NCBI GenBank assembly: GCA_040954595.2
Contig: CM082577.2
Location: forward strand, 15,941,903 to 16,005,902
Length of the DNA stretch: 64,000 nucleotides
Source of the DNA: Balanoglossus misakiensis
Lineage: Eukaryota > Animalia > Hemichordata
Direction of reading: 5' to 3'
Position numbers and translations under genes: made by a program. Shown here one piece after another: positions 14,201 to 26,555 of this stretch; within the stretch, counting starts at the first letter, position 1, and each line of letters opens with the position of its first letter. Below the pieces are notes generated by a model, which was given only the letters and a program-made list of their open reading frames with translations, was not told the DNA's origin and ran no database searches.

Positions 14201-14431
14201 CTAGCAATTAAAGGTACTTTAAGGAAGTTCCGGTAGGCCTTCGTCAAAAAATGAAACTTCCAGGTGAAGCCTTGTGTGAGGAAGACATGTATAACCCCAA
14301 CCATAGGTCAAGCCCAGCGAACAGATTATAAAGAAAGATGACAAAACCAAGTGATCTTATAACATAACATGCAGTTAATATATGCTGTGTTAGTGCAAAA
14401 GTGCACTTCTTTCCATACTGATTTGTGAATT

Positions 14432-15007
14432 GCTGATGTTATTGCACTAGATATTCACAGATAGCTTGCTTTCACATGGCAGTCACTGAATGAAACCAAC
14501 CTTATCAGAAACCAATATGGAGATAGGTTTTTTTTTAAATCACAAGAAAATATCTAATGAGGGTTACAAAGGCCAAGTTTGTCAGACTAATACAAAATTT
14601 AAATTTTCATTATTTATTCATACTAATTTATTGGTGAGAATATATTATTGTTAACTGACATTAAATCAGTGCAAATATTGTTAACTTAATACATTTTATT
14701 GAGGAGGAATTTAAATGTAGTAGTAATGTGCAACTATTTTTTGCAGGTTCTGCTGTAACTTTATGCCCATCTCATCTGTGTTTGGAGTGGTCGCGTGCTA
14801 CTTGTCTCAGCATGGCATCACTGAAACGCAAGCCAATTTCACCAACAAGCAGGACCATTTAAATTTTTGGCCAGTCAATGAAGTCGTGGAATATAGAGGG
14901 AAAGATTGAAAAACTGACACCTGCCAAAAATCTGGCATTGATGGAGAAAATTATCCCTATATTCTGTGCTGAAGATGGGCTAGTTCTTGATGTACAAAAT
15001 TGAACTG
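14432..15007 (+). pseudogene. Beta-class amino (N4C/N6A) DNA methyltransferase-like pseudogene, internal exons
   Basis: Exon 14747-15007 (ttgcag|...actg|gtaagt) reads ...DTCQK(fs)NLALMEKIIPIFCAEDGLVLDVQN*TG, matching the QKPxxLxxxxIxxxxxxGDxVLDxFxGSG motif X/I region. Upstream ADVIALDIH (14432) lies where motif IV would be (weak). Confidence 0.6.
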
Positions 15008-16183
15008 GTAAGTATTATTTGAAATAATGGTAGGTGGGCAACTAGCACTATCTTTGTTACAGCCAGGGAGTGTACTTAGGGCATTTCTGGACCTCGTAAA
15101 CTCTTGAGAATAAAAATGATAAAATTTTATGATTCAATGAAAATTCTCAGATTTTTTATATAATCGTATGTCTTAAGAGATGATTGTACGTAAAATAAAA
15201 ATAGTTGGTAGTTATGTTTCAAACTACACATACAGTAGTAAGTTTGAACCACATAAAGAATACAATTCAAGTGTCATTGGATGGAAGTTACAAACAGTTA
15301 TATCATTTTTTCAGTGGTTTTTCATATTTTCATGAATGTTCTAATATTTTCTGTCTTTGGTTATTATATTAGATTTACATCCATAGGTGATTTCTGAATG
15401 TACATAAATAAAAGACAAATATCAGACTTTATAATTTTGTGTGATGATCTTCATCATATTTGTTTATTTAAAAGATGGTACTAGTCTCTGAACATTGTTT
15501 AGTTAATATTTGTTGGAAAATCCCAATCTTTATTTATACCAGCTGGCTCATATACATTAAACCTAGTTCTCTAAAGTGAAAATCTGGCAAAGTTGGATAT
15601 TATCGGTTTGAAAGCTTTAACACATGCCTGGCCGAAAACCCCTGACATGCCTGATTAAAGACAGGTGTATTCAGTCAAAGACCCTGATCCAAGTCAGGTG
15701 AATTCGATCGAAAACCCTTAACTTGCCTGATCTCTACATGATTTCATGGCTCTGTGATACTAGTTCTTTGTTACTTTAGTGATGGTGTCATTTTTCTGCA
15801 TGTCACATGATGTTGTTGGCTTGCATGGCTTTCACAGTATCAGTCTTCATCTGTCATAAAAACAAAAACAATTGCAATGATCACTTAGTAGGGTAAATAT
15901 GAAAGCGCACAATGTATGCCATTTGATTGATAATTACCTATGTTCAACATGCCTGGTAACTATATATCATTGGATTACTTACATTTTCTCTAGTATAAAT
16001 TCACATCCCTTATAAAAATTAAAATTAAAATTAAAATGGGGCAGAAGTTCAACTGTGGTGTTTCCGAATAATTTGGGCACTGTTTAGAAACAAACCTATT
16101 TTGATATAATCTAAAGCCGTTTATCAAATGCCCATTTCTTCAAAATTCTCGTACCTTAACTGTGCATGATTTGTGGAACTGGC

Positions 16184-16733
16184 CTAAGAAACCTGGAAGT
16201 TTGATGATGATCCATCAGTTTCCTGCCTGAGTACCATCTCGTGACAATGGCCGCACCACTTAAGAGTTGTACACACTACAGTTTTGGGAAACATTTCCTT
16301 TCTTTCTTTTAGTTCTCTAATCAAGGGTGAGAAAATTCTGTCATGAATGGCCTCCACTGTGAACACAAGTCACTTTTTCACCACCATTTTAATGTAAGGA
16401 CGATCTATGGAAGAAGTTATCACTGCAGGATTCTCTAAATGAAGGGCTTTCTGCACTTCTGCCCTCAATTGACTTGTGTCCATAGCAGTCATCACCAGCA
16501 ACCTTGCTTTTGAGAACACTGCTTTCAACTGATACAAGTCCATGAAGCCCACTTCATCAATCACAATGAATACTTTTTTCCCTGCCATTTGGTCTCTCCA
16601 AATGCATCAAACACAGCCTCATTGAGGAAATGCTATGGGAGACTCAATATATACTTGTAGTCACGGTAATGGAAAGTATCAAATGTTGTAGGTGCACCAT
16701 AGGGGCCAACTACAAAAGCATTTTTGCCATACC
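16184..16733 (-). pseudogene. RecQ-like SF2 helicase remnant (AcademH-type)
   Basis: VFIVIDE..., LLVMTA, SSIDRPYIKMVV and FPKTVVCTTLKWCG are collinear with the helicase at 27745-28639 (LALTATAT, NIDRPNIKL, TIVYCSLKWCG); stops and deletions. Confidence 0.75.
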
Positions 16734-16956
16734 TGTAACATGGGAAGAAAATTGGAAAATATTTTTATAAAAGATGTAAAATCTCATATTTTTTTAAAAG
16801 GCCACTATCTGTACCTTCTAGCTATATTTTCCATCATTTTAATTCAGTGTGTCAATTGCATCTGATTTTTTTCAATATGAGACACACCAACTTACTCATT
16901 TTCTGCTTGATATAGCAGTCAACTGTAATAAAAATAACAAATATATTTGGTTCTTA

Positions 16957-17797
16957 CTGTAGGCAGTTTTCCGTTATCAAAGTTGACTGGTACATGGTCT
17001 TCTTCCATTGCCGCGACAACACTAAGTAAACCATTCACTATACCAGGGCCTAGGTTTTTAAGTTAGATTACAGAGCAACTGATTTTCATGCACAAGATAT
17101 TAGACACTACTGAATATTTTAAGTATGTTTTCTGACCTGGAAATTAAATATATGGAAATTAGTTATTTGGTGGATTATTTATGCCCACTGGATAAGGTTA
17201 TTTAGGTTCAATTATAAATATCCCAATATTATTTCGAAGCTGTAATGAATATATATTATCTCATGGATAAATGTCGGCAAAAAACAATTACAGAAACCTG
17301 CTTATTGAACTTTTCATTTCATTTGCTATCTTGTCACAACAGGATTCCATTTCAATCAGAATAATTACTGTCATTCTTAGATTTGTATATTTTCCAATCC
17401 CTGGAATTCCATCAGTCTCTCTGCATTAAACATATCCACTTCAAGGTTGTTCGCAAATAAATATACTGGTGAGAAATCTTCTTTCAGTGGTCGAGACAAT
17501 TCCTTCAAAATTTTATCGGTACTGGCGCTGATATTCCCAACCGCTGTCTCCCATACAGTATCAATTAGCAGTTCTGTGTTGGCCAATTTTATGGACTTTA
17601 GTTAAATTCACATGGTGGAATTTGTGAAGCACTTCTGATTTGAAACAAAACTCTCCATCTCCATAACATGGATTAGCCACAGGTGTCAGTTGGAAGAAGT
17701 CGCCACTGGCGATAACTTGAATACCTCCGAATGACACTGCATTTTTCCTGACGTGGCAGCGAACTTCTTCGAACTGTTCAAATATTTGTTTGCTTAT
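16957..17797 (-). pseudogene. PIF1-family helicase pseudogene, downstream exons
   Basis: ISKQIFEQ..SFGGIQVIASGDFFQLTPV (motif III), LFANNLEVDMFNAERL (motif IV); next exon LCMKISCSVI*LKNL..IVNG (2B region). Confidence 0.85.
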
Positions 17798-19002
17798 CTG
17801 TCGAGAGATTTATTTGCTATCAAAGGTGACAGGAATGATAATCAAACCCTTCGTGGCAATTGGTGAAATGTGGGAACTGGACCTCGAATAGCCGTCGCAT
17901 GAGACAATCAACGAATACACTTTGAGTTGTTGGAATTTTTTTTTCACATTTTCCTTTTCTTCTTCTGAGGGATAAAACATCACTGACAAATGGAGCTGGT
18001 TTCCATTTCTTTATGTCCATACACCACTTCACAGATCCAAAGGTGTGGTGGAAATACCATCGGCCTGGACTTTACGCTTTATGTAGAGGTAGGTAAAGCC
18101 ATGTTTCAGCTGTCGATAGGTGTACATGTGAAGACCGTGTAGCCGGAATCCTCTGTTGTTGATGGTTTTTCGGACATTTGGATTGGAGAACGTCCAAGTA
18201 AATTTCTTTGGAGATGTCGTTGATACGCTTGTTGACCCCTTTGCTAAAAAAAATTGTCGTTGGTGCCACCAAAGCAGTAATAGCACTTACTGTTGAGAGC
18301 GATGATGCCCTTTCCCTCCCATTCCACTTTAAACAAACCAGGTGTTCTCTTGTCGAACTGCAGGTGTTCTCACCTTGGAAACTAATGGTGGTATTCGGCA
18401 TCATATTGGGGTCGGAGATCTGGTTTGACAAGGCTGTCGAGGGTGTCTGTCGAAATCGCAATGTATGCAGAATTTGTATCCATTTCCACGTATTGGAAAT
18501 CAGATCGGTCGAAAAATTTGCACATGAAATCATAATAGAACTCTAACATGCGTAGCTTGGCGTATTGATACACAAAAAGACCAATCTGCATGGGTTGATC
18601 GATACTGATGATTTTCTTGCTGCTGGATACTTCATACGTGTCTTCGGAGATGTCTGTCATTCTCCTAAAGTTTGGTGAGTTGACCAATTTGCTGGCCTTC
18701 AGGGCCTGGTCAGAATTAACAAGGGGGAGGGCCGGTGCGATTGGGGGGAGGGTCACCATTTCTCATGCAACGGTTAGGGGGAGGGCCGCTACATTTTGGG
18801 CACTTGTCAAGGGGAGGGTCATTAATTTTTGTGCAAGGATGACACCGATAATGTCAAAAATTTGAAGTGTTACAGAGAAATCCTGAAAAGAGACTTGCGC
18901 TCATATAGGCACTCCTGTATGGATGTATTGACATCCCTTGTACTACAAAATACATCACACAACTCACAAAACATACACATGTACCAGTATGTGATCTTAA
19001 AC

Positions 19003-19045
19003 CCCATAACCCTAACCCTAACCCAAACCCTAACCCTAACCCTAA
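19003..19045. repeat. Telomere-like (CCCTAA)n tract
   Basis: About 6 imperfect ccctaa units inside the Harbinger MITE. Confidence 0.75.
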
Positions 19046-19415
19046 TTTCTTAAGGGAAGGGGAGCACAGTACGATATTTTACCCACAATTCTCCATGATT
19101 TGTATCATCGAGGTTGTCCATTTAATAACTTTTTCTGTTTTAGATACTAACAATGATATGAAGTACATATAACTGTATTTATCTAGGAAAAGTATGTTGA
19201 GGAATAAGAGTGAAAATTTCAAAATGAATATTTAAAAGCCATAGGAATCAAAGTATTCATGTACTGCAAATGTCACACTTTGGAGGAAACAAGCAAATAA
19301 CTAACTGAGGTGTATTTAATAGTGGTCTACAATTTTCTGTACAAATGTGAACTTTGCCTGGTTTGACTGAGTAATATCTGATTGTACAAATCAGAATGAA
19401 TCATCGGATATTGTG

Positions 19416-19850
19416 TAGCCCGGAGACACAGGCATCGATCTAGAATACAACGCCCGGGGACAGTAGTGAAATTTCCTGCTGAGCTGAAAGATAGTAGCCC
19501 TGGCAACGATCAGGGTCGCTTATTAACGAATGGATAACGAGTGATCTATCAAATGTTGACGGGCGCCAGTGGTTGGATGATATAATTAACAAAGCTTGGT
19601 TATGAATATTCATACACCTTCAAAACCACTCCCACACCCCGTTGCGGGAATTTCACTCATGACTCCACCTCTATTTCCTTATTTAGAATGCGATGATGTC
19701 ATTTGGTTTACACATTGTTACATTTAAGTGACCAATTAGCTTACACACAAGATTTACCACCCGTGTCATTCTCCGCACAGAATTCGGTGCGTAAATAGAG
19801 ACTGTCCCCGGGCGTTCCTTTTCCCCTACTACGCCTGTGTCTCCGGGCTA
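19416..19850. mobile_element. Second Academ(H)-type MITE family, nested in the Harbinger MITE
   Basis: TIR tagcccggagacacaggc / gcctgtgtctccgggcta; flanks gatattgtg / aatattgtg (9-bp TSD, 1 mismatch). Confidence 0.85.
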
Positions 19851-22800
19851 AATATTGTGGGGAGGGTCACTTGATTTTGTTCACGGAGAAGGGGGAGGGT
19901 CAGCATTTTTTGTGCAAGAAATCGGTGGAGGGTCAGTATTTTTCATGCATGCGGATTTTGAATCGCACCGGCCTTCCCCCCCTGTTAATTCTGACCAGGC
20001 CCTCACCAAATTGCAGATCTTCACATCCACGTGTCTTTCTTTGTTCATGAGGGTTTTTCTGTATGCGTTGTTGCCGAGGAGTTTCATCATATCCCCCAGT
20101 ACAGCTTTCGTCGCATCGACATCCCCTTGTCTACGGGCTCCCGGTACAGACTCACCGAACTGTTTAATACATGGTTTCGGTGTATATTCCAGAACCTGGT
20201 GCACTTTTGTTACCACAAGGCCGCGTTCAAGGTACCACTTAAGTAGAGGAGTAGTGATGAGCAGATGTTCTCCGTGAAGGCTTCCTATCAAAGAGCGACA
20301 AGAAGATCTCAGCTGGTCATGCTCCGCTGCAAACGAACACATGTGTTCGCCTATATCCGACCTGCATATTTGAACATTTTTAAATATCATTATGGGACAC
20401 ATCTCAGGGAAATAATCTGTCAGGCTTTCAGGCACATTGTTGTCGCATTCGAGCATACCACGCGGACGGCTTCTAAAATGTCTTCCTCCTTGACCATGTA
20501 CGCTCTGTCGAGGTATCGATCATTTCTGCCCCGCCTGAATGCTTTCAAACTGGCATCTGTACATCTCATGCCTCGATTACACTCCCACATGATGACCAAT
20601 TCAAATCCAATGTCTTGAATGTACCTGTCGTTCTTGAGCGTGTCTCTGTAGAGCTCTTGTATGGACTTTCCTCGAACTTCATTGACATCTTTCCCCCTAT
20701 TCAAGTCGCAATCATGTCCGTGCCAATAGCACTCATGAAACTGATAAACGGTGTTGGTACTTCGACAAAAGCCATCCACGAGGAGCTGTCGACTGCCAAG
20801 AAGTTGTTCTCTGGCATTTCCTTTGTGCTGGATGTGAATGTCGTCGTTTGCTGCCACATATACGAGCCATTCCACAGCCAAGGGTTCGGATGATCGGCGT
20901 CGGAAGTGATCACCAGCCGCTCTGCGAACATAGAACCCCGTGGGCATGTCCTGCATCAATGCCCATTAGTATAATGCATTGGCGTCATATCCGACAATCT
21001 TCTTACAGCATTTCTCATTTCTGATTTTCGTTACGCCAGCTTCGATGTACCTGTGAAAGATGATACTGGGACCTCCGATGAAGTTGGATTTGAAGGTGTC
21101 GTAGAGGTCCCTGTCCCGCTCGCTGATGGGACTAAAGGTGGTGTCTTGGGGAAGTTGGTTAAATAAATACCGCATTGTAATCCCAGGCAGAGAAATGGCG
21201 TCTTTGAAGGGATCCACTGCCGTCTCTGTAAAAAGCACACATGTTTTCAATGGCTGTGAGAAAAGGTTTTACATCCGCGTTGTTGTACCAGACTAGGAAA
21301 TCTTGAAAGGTGGTCAAGTTATGGTTTTCCCTAATACGTAGACAATACTCGTAATCTTCCAAACTGATGTTCGTGTTTTTGAGACTGCTGTAAAAGGCCG
21401 AGTGGGGTGGAAGCACATTCTCTTTGAGCTTATCCAAACAGTCCATCCACTCATAAGGAAAGAACCCCTTCGCTTCATTGGCGTTGTAAGCTCGTAAAAA
21501 TTGGCTGTAACTGCATCCCTGTGCAATGAAATTGGAAATGTCGAGGAAGTGGAGTGTGTCTGTTTCTAGGACCAGGTAATCGGCACTTCTCTTGATCACG
21601 AATTTGACCGTGTCTTGCCATAGGAGTTCCGCCACAGATATGCCTTTGCTGCATTTAGGTTATACCTCCCAGAATTAAAACCAAGAAACGGTAACTTTTT
21701 AAGATGGTCGATCAACTGGGTCTTTAGTCGATTTAGGGGGTGATCCTCTTCACCGCTTTCTACACCTTCTTCCTCCATTCTCGCATGTATCTGATCTAGA
21801 ATGGATGAGAATCTCTGTTTCATGATTTTGAAACTACAGTGGCTGACGTCTTGCAAATAACCCACCATCTTGGCAACCAGGTCCTCAGAATTTCCCTGGG
21901 TAACAAAACACTGGGGTTCCTCGTACGATGGTACGTTGCTGCACACACAAAAGCTCAGCAGCTCGTGTTTGGACTCAAACTGCAGTCGGTCGGTAACACG
22001 GTGTCCTGCATCTTTCAGGTAACATTCGAAATCAAATGTCGCTCTGTACAGGCAACACCGCAAATTTTCGGGTACTGAAATTCCAAACATGGAGAGCGAA
22101 TCAAAGATGGTAGGCGTCAGCTGGAATACACCTCCGGGAAACTTCAAATGAGTGTCAGTGGAACAACTCTTTTCGTGTCTGTTCACGGTCGACAGATGAT
22201 CGAACAGCTTCCCACATGATGGACATTTGAAGGATTCCGCATAGTGGTCGAAATCTTTGATGTAAGAGAAATGGCCTTGATGATGGTTAACATACATCGT
22301 ATGGTTGTAGCTGCCAATCGATTTGCAAATGTGGGAAACCACTCTTTTCCGAGAATCTTCGTCCTCGGACAGCTCGCACACCTCTACGTTTATCGAAAAG
22401 AGACGTTCAAGGTCGGCTGTGTCATCTAATAAAATGCCAGCAAAATCTTCACCATCTCGCTGTCCCCTTTGGAAACTGTCTTTTGTAGTTTGCCGCGGCA
22501 AATTCTAGATTGGTTTCTGCATAACCTTTGGCAAGCGCCAGACATCTGAAGAAACAGAGATTGTTGTTGTAAGGACGCGCTGAATGTGGTGAACGGACAA
22601 GTTAGACAACACTCCGACCTGAAGTTAGGGTGGAGGGTAATGTGGTTTTGTGACAGCCGATGTAATGTTTGGGTATTTTGACCACATAGAAAGATAGATT
22701 TGTGATCATCTCGATGACCCATTTCGAATCTGGTCTTCTCTGTTTGACGTTTTCGAGGACGCCGGTGTCCCCAAGACGGTTTTGGACGTCATTCTTATTT

Positions 22801-22908
22801 CGTACTAGGGCTGGGGCCTCGAGCAGATGGACGTTGTGAGATGGATAAAAATATCGCATCTCCCCACTTTCCACATGCCGCATCATGAATCCTAGGGCGA
22901 GATTGATT

Positions 22909-23931
22909 TTAAATGGATGGGTTTGGTGCCTGTATATCATATATATCAAGATAACGTTGTAAATCTGCAAGGTGAAATCCGCCTGCTGTTCGAAAGTTGT
23001 ACACATCCAGCAGGGGATTTCCTACACGATGGCGGGACCTGATGTGAAACCAGTTTTCACGGTAGGATGCTGCAATGCCTCCATCGTCAACATTGTCCAA
23101 TGCAGGCTCTATTGGATCAACCGGAAAATCCCCGCTGTTGTTCGGCTGACCACCACTACCATGTGCACCGCCTTCGCCGGCCCTACCGCCGATGTCACCA
23201 TCACCACCACCACCAATCTGTGGTCCTGTGCTTCTTTCAGCAACATCATCATCATCATTGTCGTCAACGTCATCATCCTCTGAGGAAGAGGAAGTGTCTG
23301 CATCTCGGTGACTGTGGCTATGTTTCTTCAGTGCCTGAAAAGATTTGAAAACTCGCTTGCACCTTGCGCATCTGAAAGACACTGAGACAGACAGCTTTTT
23401 ATGGATTTTCAAATGGCTGACATGGTGTGATTTTCTTTTGAACACCATGTCACAGATAGTGCATTTATATTGGGTGTCCAGACGATGATGTACATCCTTT
23501 AAATGCCGTGCCATGTTGTCCTTTCGGGTGAAGGTACGGTCACAACATGTACACTGAAACTGCTCATTTTTGTCACCACCATTACCTGTTTTCTTGTCAT
23601 CATGCACTCTCTTTTCATGTCTTGCCAAGTTGTCTTTGCGTGTAAACGTCTTACCGCAACTGGCACACGACAGGCGGTTTTCCCGATGTACGCTTTTGAT
23701 ATGGCGACATAAATCACCTGGTCTGGAAAATGTGCGGGGACAGTGGGGGCACGTTGATCGGCCTTCATCATTCTCCTCACCCTCATCATGGACACCCGGG
23801 CGATTGGTGGTCTCACGAAGGGCCTGCAGATATTCTGGTGATGGCTGGTGTTCGGTGACAGCAAGGTGTGGAGACGGAAGTATGGGGGAAAAAAATGCAA
23901 GAATAAATTTACAAACGACCGGCTCTAGCAA
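22909..23931 (-). CDS. Multi-C2H2 zinc-finger protein, probably the N-terminal part of the Polinton pPolB polyprotein
   Basis: Five CxxC..H..H fingers (CPHC, CASC, CTCC, CTIC, CARC), an acidic tract and QIGGGG; overlaps the first pPolB fragment in another frame. Confidence 0.75.
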   Translation of the reverse strand: MLEPVVCKFILAFFSPILPSPHLAVTEHQPSPEYLQALRETTNRPGVHDEGEENDEGRSTCPHCPRTFSRPGDLCRHIKSVHRENRLSCASCGKTFTRKDNLARHEKRVHDDKKTGNGGDKNEQFQCTCCDRTFTRKDNMARHLKDVHHRLDTQYKCTICDMVFKRKSHHVSHLKIHKKLSVSVSFRCARCKRVFKSFQALKKHSHSHRDADTSSSSEDDDVDDNDDDDVAERSTGPQIGGGGDGDIGGRAGEGGAHGSGGQPNNSGDFPVDPIEPALDNVDDGGIAASYRENWFHIRSRHRVGNPLLDVYNFRTAGGFHLADLQRYLDIYDIQAPNPSI

Positions 23932-24279
23932 AGATTAAAAAGAAAAAAATAGTTGCAGACTAAGCTTATACCCACGTTTGTTTGTTGTTTTCTTGTTTTT
24001 TCATCATATACACAGGATATCCCCGATTACGATAAAATAGAGCAAAAACTTACTCTGATAAACTCTCGCCGGACGTGCGAGCACTGGGTTCTTCATGCTG
24101 CGCGCCCAAATAACTTTCCTCGTTGAGCGATAACACCTGTTGAAATAGCACATCATGCTGTCATTAGCTCTAACTGCTGACGTGGAGGTATTGCTAATGG
24201 TATAACAATGCCTGAACACGTGTGTGCTATTAGCGGCGTGTGACTGGGGAGAACTACGGTGGACGATACCGACACTCCT

Positions 24280-24545
24280 CTGCTAACTTAACCTGCTCTG
24301 CTGTCGACCTCCGCTGCTATGCTAAGTCGGCCTCCTCTGCTATGCTAAGTCCTGCTCTGCTATGCTAACTTAATCTGATCTGCTGTCGACCTCCTCTGCT
24401 ATGCTATGTCGATCTGCGATGCTATGCTAAGTCCTGCTCTGCTATGCTAAGTCCTGCTATGCTAACTTAATCTGATCTGCTGTCGACCTCCTCTGCTATG
24501 CTATGTCGATCTGCGATGCTATGCTAAGTCCTGCTATGCTAACTC
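24280..24545. repeat. Compound short tandem repeat in the Polinton non-coding region
   Basis: Reiterated ctatgctaagtcctgct / ctgctgtcgacctcctctg modules. Confidence 0.85.
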
Positions 24546-24618
24546 AACCGGAAGTACTGGAGTACATTTTTACGAACAAACATACGCTCGTCTCACGGAC
24601 TTGGTGAAGTTGTTATAT

Positions 24619-25961
24619 TAGTCCTGTTTCATAAGTCAGGTCCATGACATATGTACCGACATCTGTGATTGGTCCATCTGGTAATCTTAGGTCCACTTGA
24701 GGCACGGTGATTGGAGGGACCTTATGTGTTAGGTCTTATTATTATGCATTATTCACTAGACCTTGTAGGTTAGGTCTTATTACTATGTATTATTCACTTT
24801 ACAGCTCCCTGATTGGTTAATGTGTAGGTCTGGTCCTCCAGTGTTCACTGCCTCATTATGCAGGACCTTGTAGGTTAGGTCTTATTAACATGCATTTATT
24901 CAATTTTCAGCTCCCTGATTGGTTAATGTGTAGGTCTCCAATTTTCACTGCCTCGTTATGCAAAGTCTTTTGTACTTTCTGAATACAGTTGTCGTATTCT
25001 GTCTGCCATGCTGCCTGCGCGTTGTCGAAGCTCGATCCCAGTGTATAAAGAAAGGCACTCATATAATGATCGGATTTAACCTTTCCTTCACTATTCATGG
25101 CATTTTTTTGTGATACTAGATACTCGAAATAAAAATTGCCAGGAAATTTTTTTTATTTTATTTCCAGTGGCGGTTTGTTGAAATGGGCTAGTGTTTTGTT
25201 ACGTAATGCTTTTCAGCGCATCACTTCGTGTAACACCTGGCTGAATACGAAGTGTGTGCTATTCATTCGAGCAAACCAAAAATATCTTACAATAGAACTG
25301 TTTAGAATAGCATTGCATTTCTTTAATTGGGATACCTCATTAGTTGCTTTACAGGTATGATTACTTTTATTGTACTTCTTTCACGAAGCTGCACCGTCAT
25401 AGTTCCATTTTCATGAAAACAATATACGAATGTATAAACGGACAACGTACTCCTTATCACAACATCTTCGTCAAAACAAATTTACTTTAAAATAGTAAAA
25501 CAACAATAATAATATTGATGATGAGAAGTAGGAGGGTGATTTAAGAAAATATACAACTGTTAGCAAAAATGCTTAGATGAGTTAATCAGATTTTCAAAGT
25601 CCATCTAAAAATCATTTAATCTTTCCAGGGTGCGGTTTATGTTGGAGATAGTATCAGTCAGGCTATTTCTCAGAAAATTAATGAATGATCTGCGGACATC
25701 CCGAATAATGTGTTACCACAACGCTAGCCAGGAAGCACATGGGACATTTCACAATGAGGCAGTGAACACTGGGAGACCAGACTGACACGTTAACCAATCA
25801 GGGAGCTGTATGGTGAATAAATACATATTAATATGACCTAACCTACAAGGTCCCTCCAATCAGCGTGCCGCAAGTGGACCTAAGAGAAGCGGATAAACCA
25901 ATCAAAACATGCAATACATGTGTATAGGACGTGTAATGTAGGTCATTTTGAAACAGGACTA
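24619..25961. mobile_element. Long-TIR element with TAG termini nested in the Polinton
   Basis: tagtcctgtttca / tgaaacaggacta ends and >200-bp imperfect inverted arms (taggtccacttg..gattggagggacct; cagctccctgattggttaa); TSD not recognisable. Confidence 0.65.
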
Positions 25962-26228
25962 ATCGGACACTGAAAACATTGAAACTCTATGCATTTTGAA
26001 TCGACCAATGGAACAGCTGCTCTGCATGAGCTCATCATGCACTTCGGGATTTAAACCAGCCAATCAACGAGTATCCTCTAGAAGGTAGCCACATTGTATA
26101 TCTTTACAGACTTGAGGGGTCAGGGTCCATCCAGACATGGGTAATAGGCCTCCCCCGCCTCCTCCCAACATTTAGGGTTGTCTACCTCATGGGTAATAAG
26201 GTCTCATTCGCCTCTCATCGCCTCCTCA

Positions 26229-26273
26229 TTAGGGTTAGGGCTAGGGTTAGGGGTTGGTTAGGGCTAGGGTTAG
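26229..26273. repeat. Telomere-like (TTAGGG)n tract near the Polinton terminus
   Basis: About 7 imperfect ttaggg units ~80 bp inside the AGTAGT end. Confidence 0.75.
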
Positions 26274-26555
26274 GTGATCGCCTCCTTCGCCTCTCATCGC
26301 CTCCTCTGCCTCCTCCAGGAATGAGAGTGCTACGGCTCCATATAATACTACTGTTCGAATATCTTTTTGCTTATCTGTCGAGAGATTCATTTGGTTGTTA
26401 TGTAAATAAATAAATAAATAAATAAATAGTTAATCAACAACACCGACGCGTAAATTATCACATTTTGGATAGACACAATCACAGTTTATTTACCATGGAG
26501 ATTTCGTCAATCATTAGTACATCTGCTGATTGAATCCTGTCTCGTGGATTCTTAA

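Larger units (their letters stand above)
18702..20002. mobile_element. PIF/Harbinger-type MITE inserted in pPolB
   Basis: TIRs gggcctggtcagaattaaca / tgttaattctgaccaggccc; 3-bp TSD TCA (18699-18701, 20003-20005); removal restores ..KICNLVKASKLVN.. in pPolB. Confidence 0.9.
18029..23006 (-). pseudogene. Protein-primed DNA polymerase B (Polinton type), frameshifted, with inserted Vsr-like nuclease domain
   Basis: FDFEC and GFNSGRYNL (exonuclease), KGFFPYEW, IGGPSIIFHRY, GYDANALY, VDGF..YQFHECYWHGH (Vsr-like), KLLGNNAY, MDTNSAY (DTDS mutated), C-terminal YIKRKVQADGISTTPLDL. Confidence 0.95.
17820..26352 (-). mobile_element. Polinton/Maverick, truncated and decayed
   Basis: Terminus reads AGTAGTATTATA on the minus strand at 26352 (Polinton AGT-repeat end); carries pPolB and a ZnF ORF; no integrase, ATPase, protease, capsid or second terminus seen. 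Confidence 0.85.
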
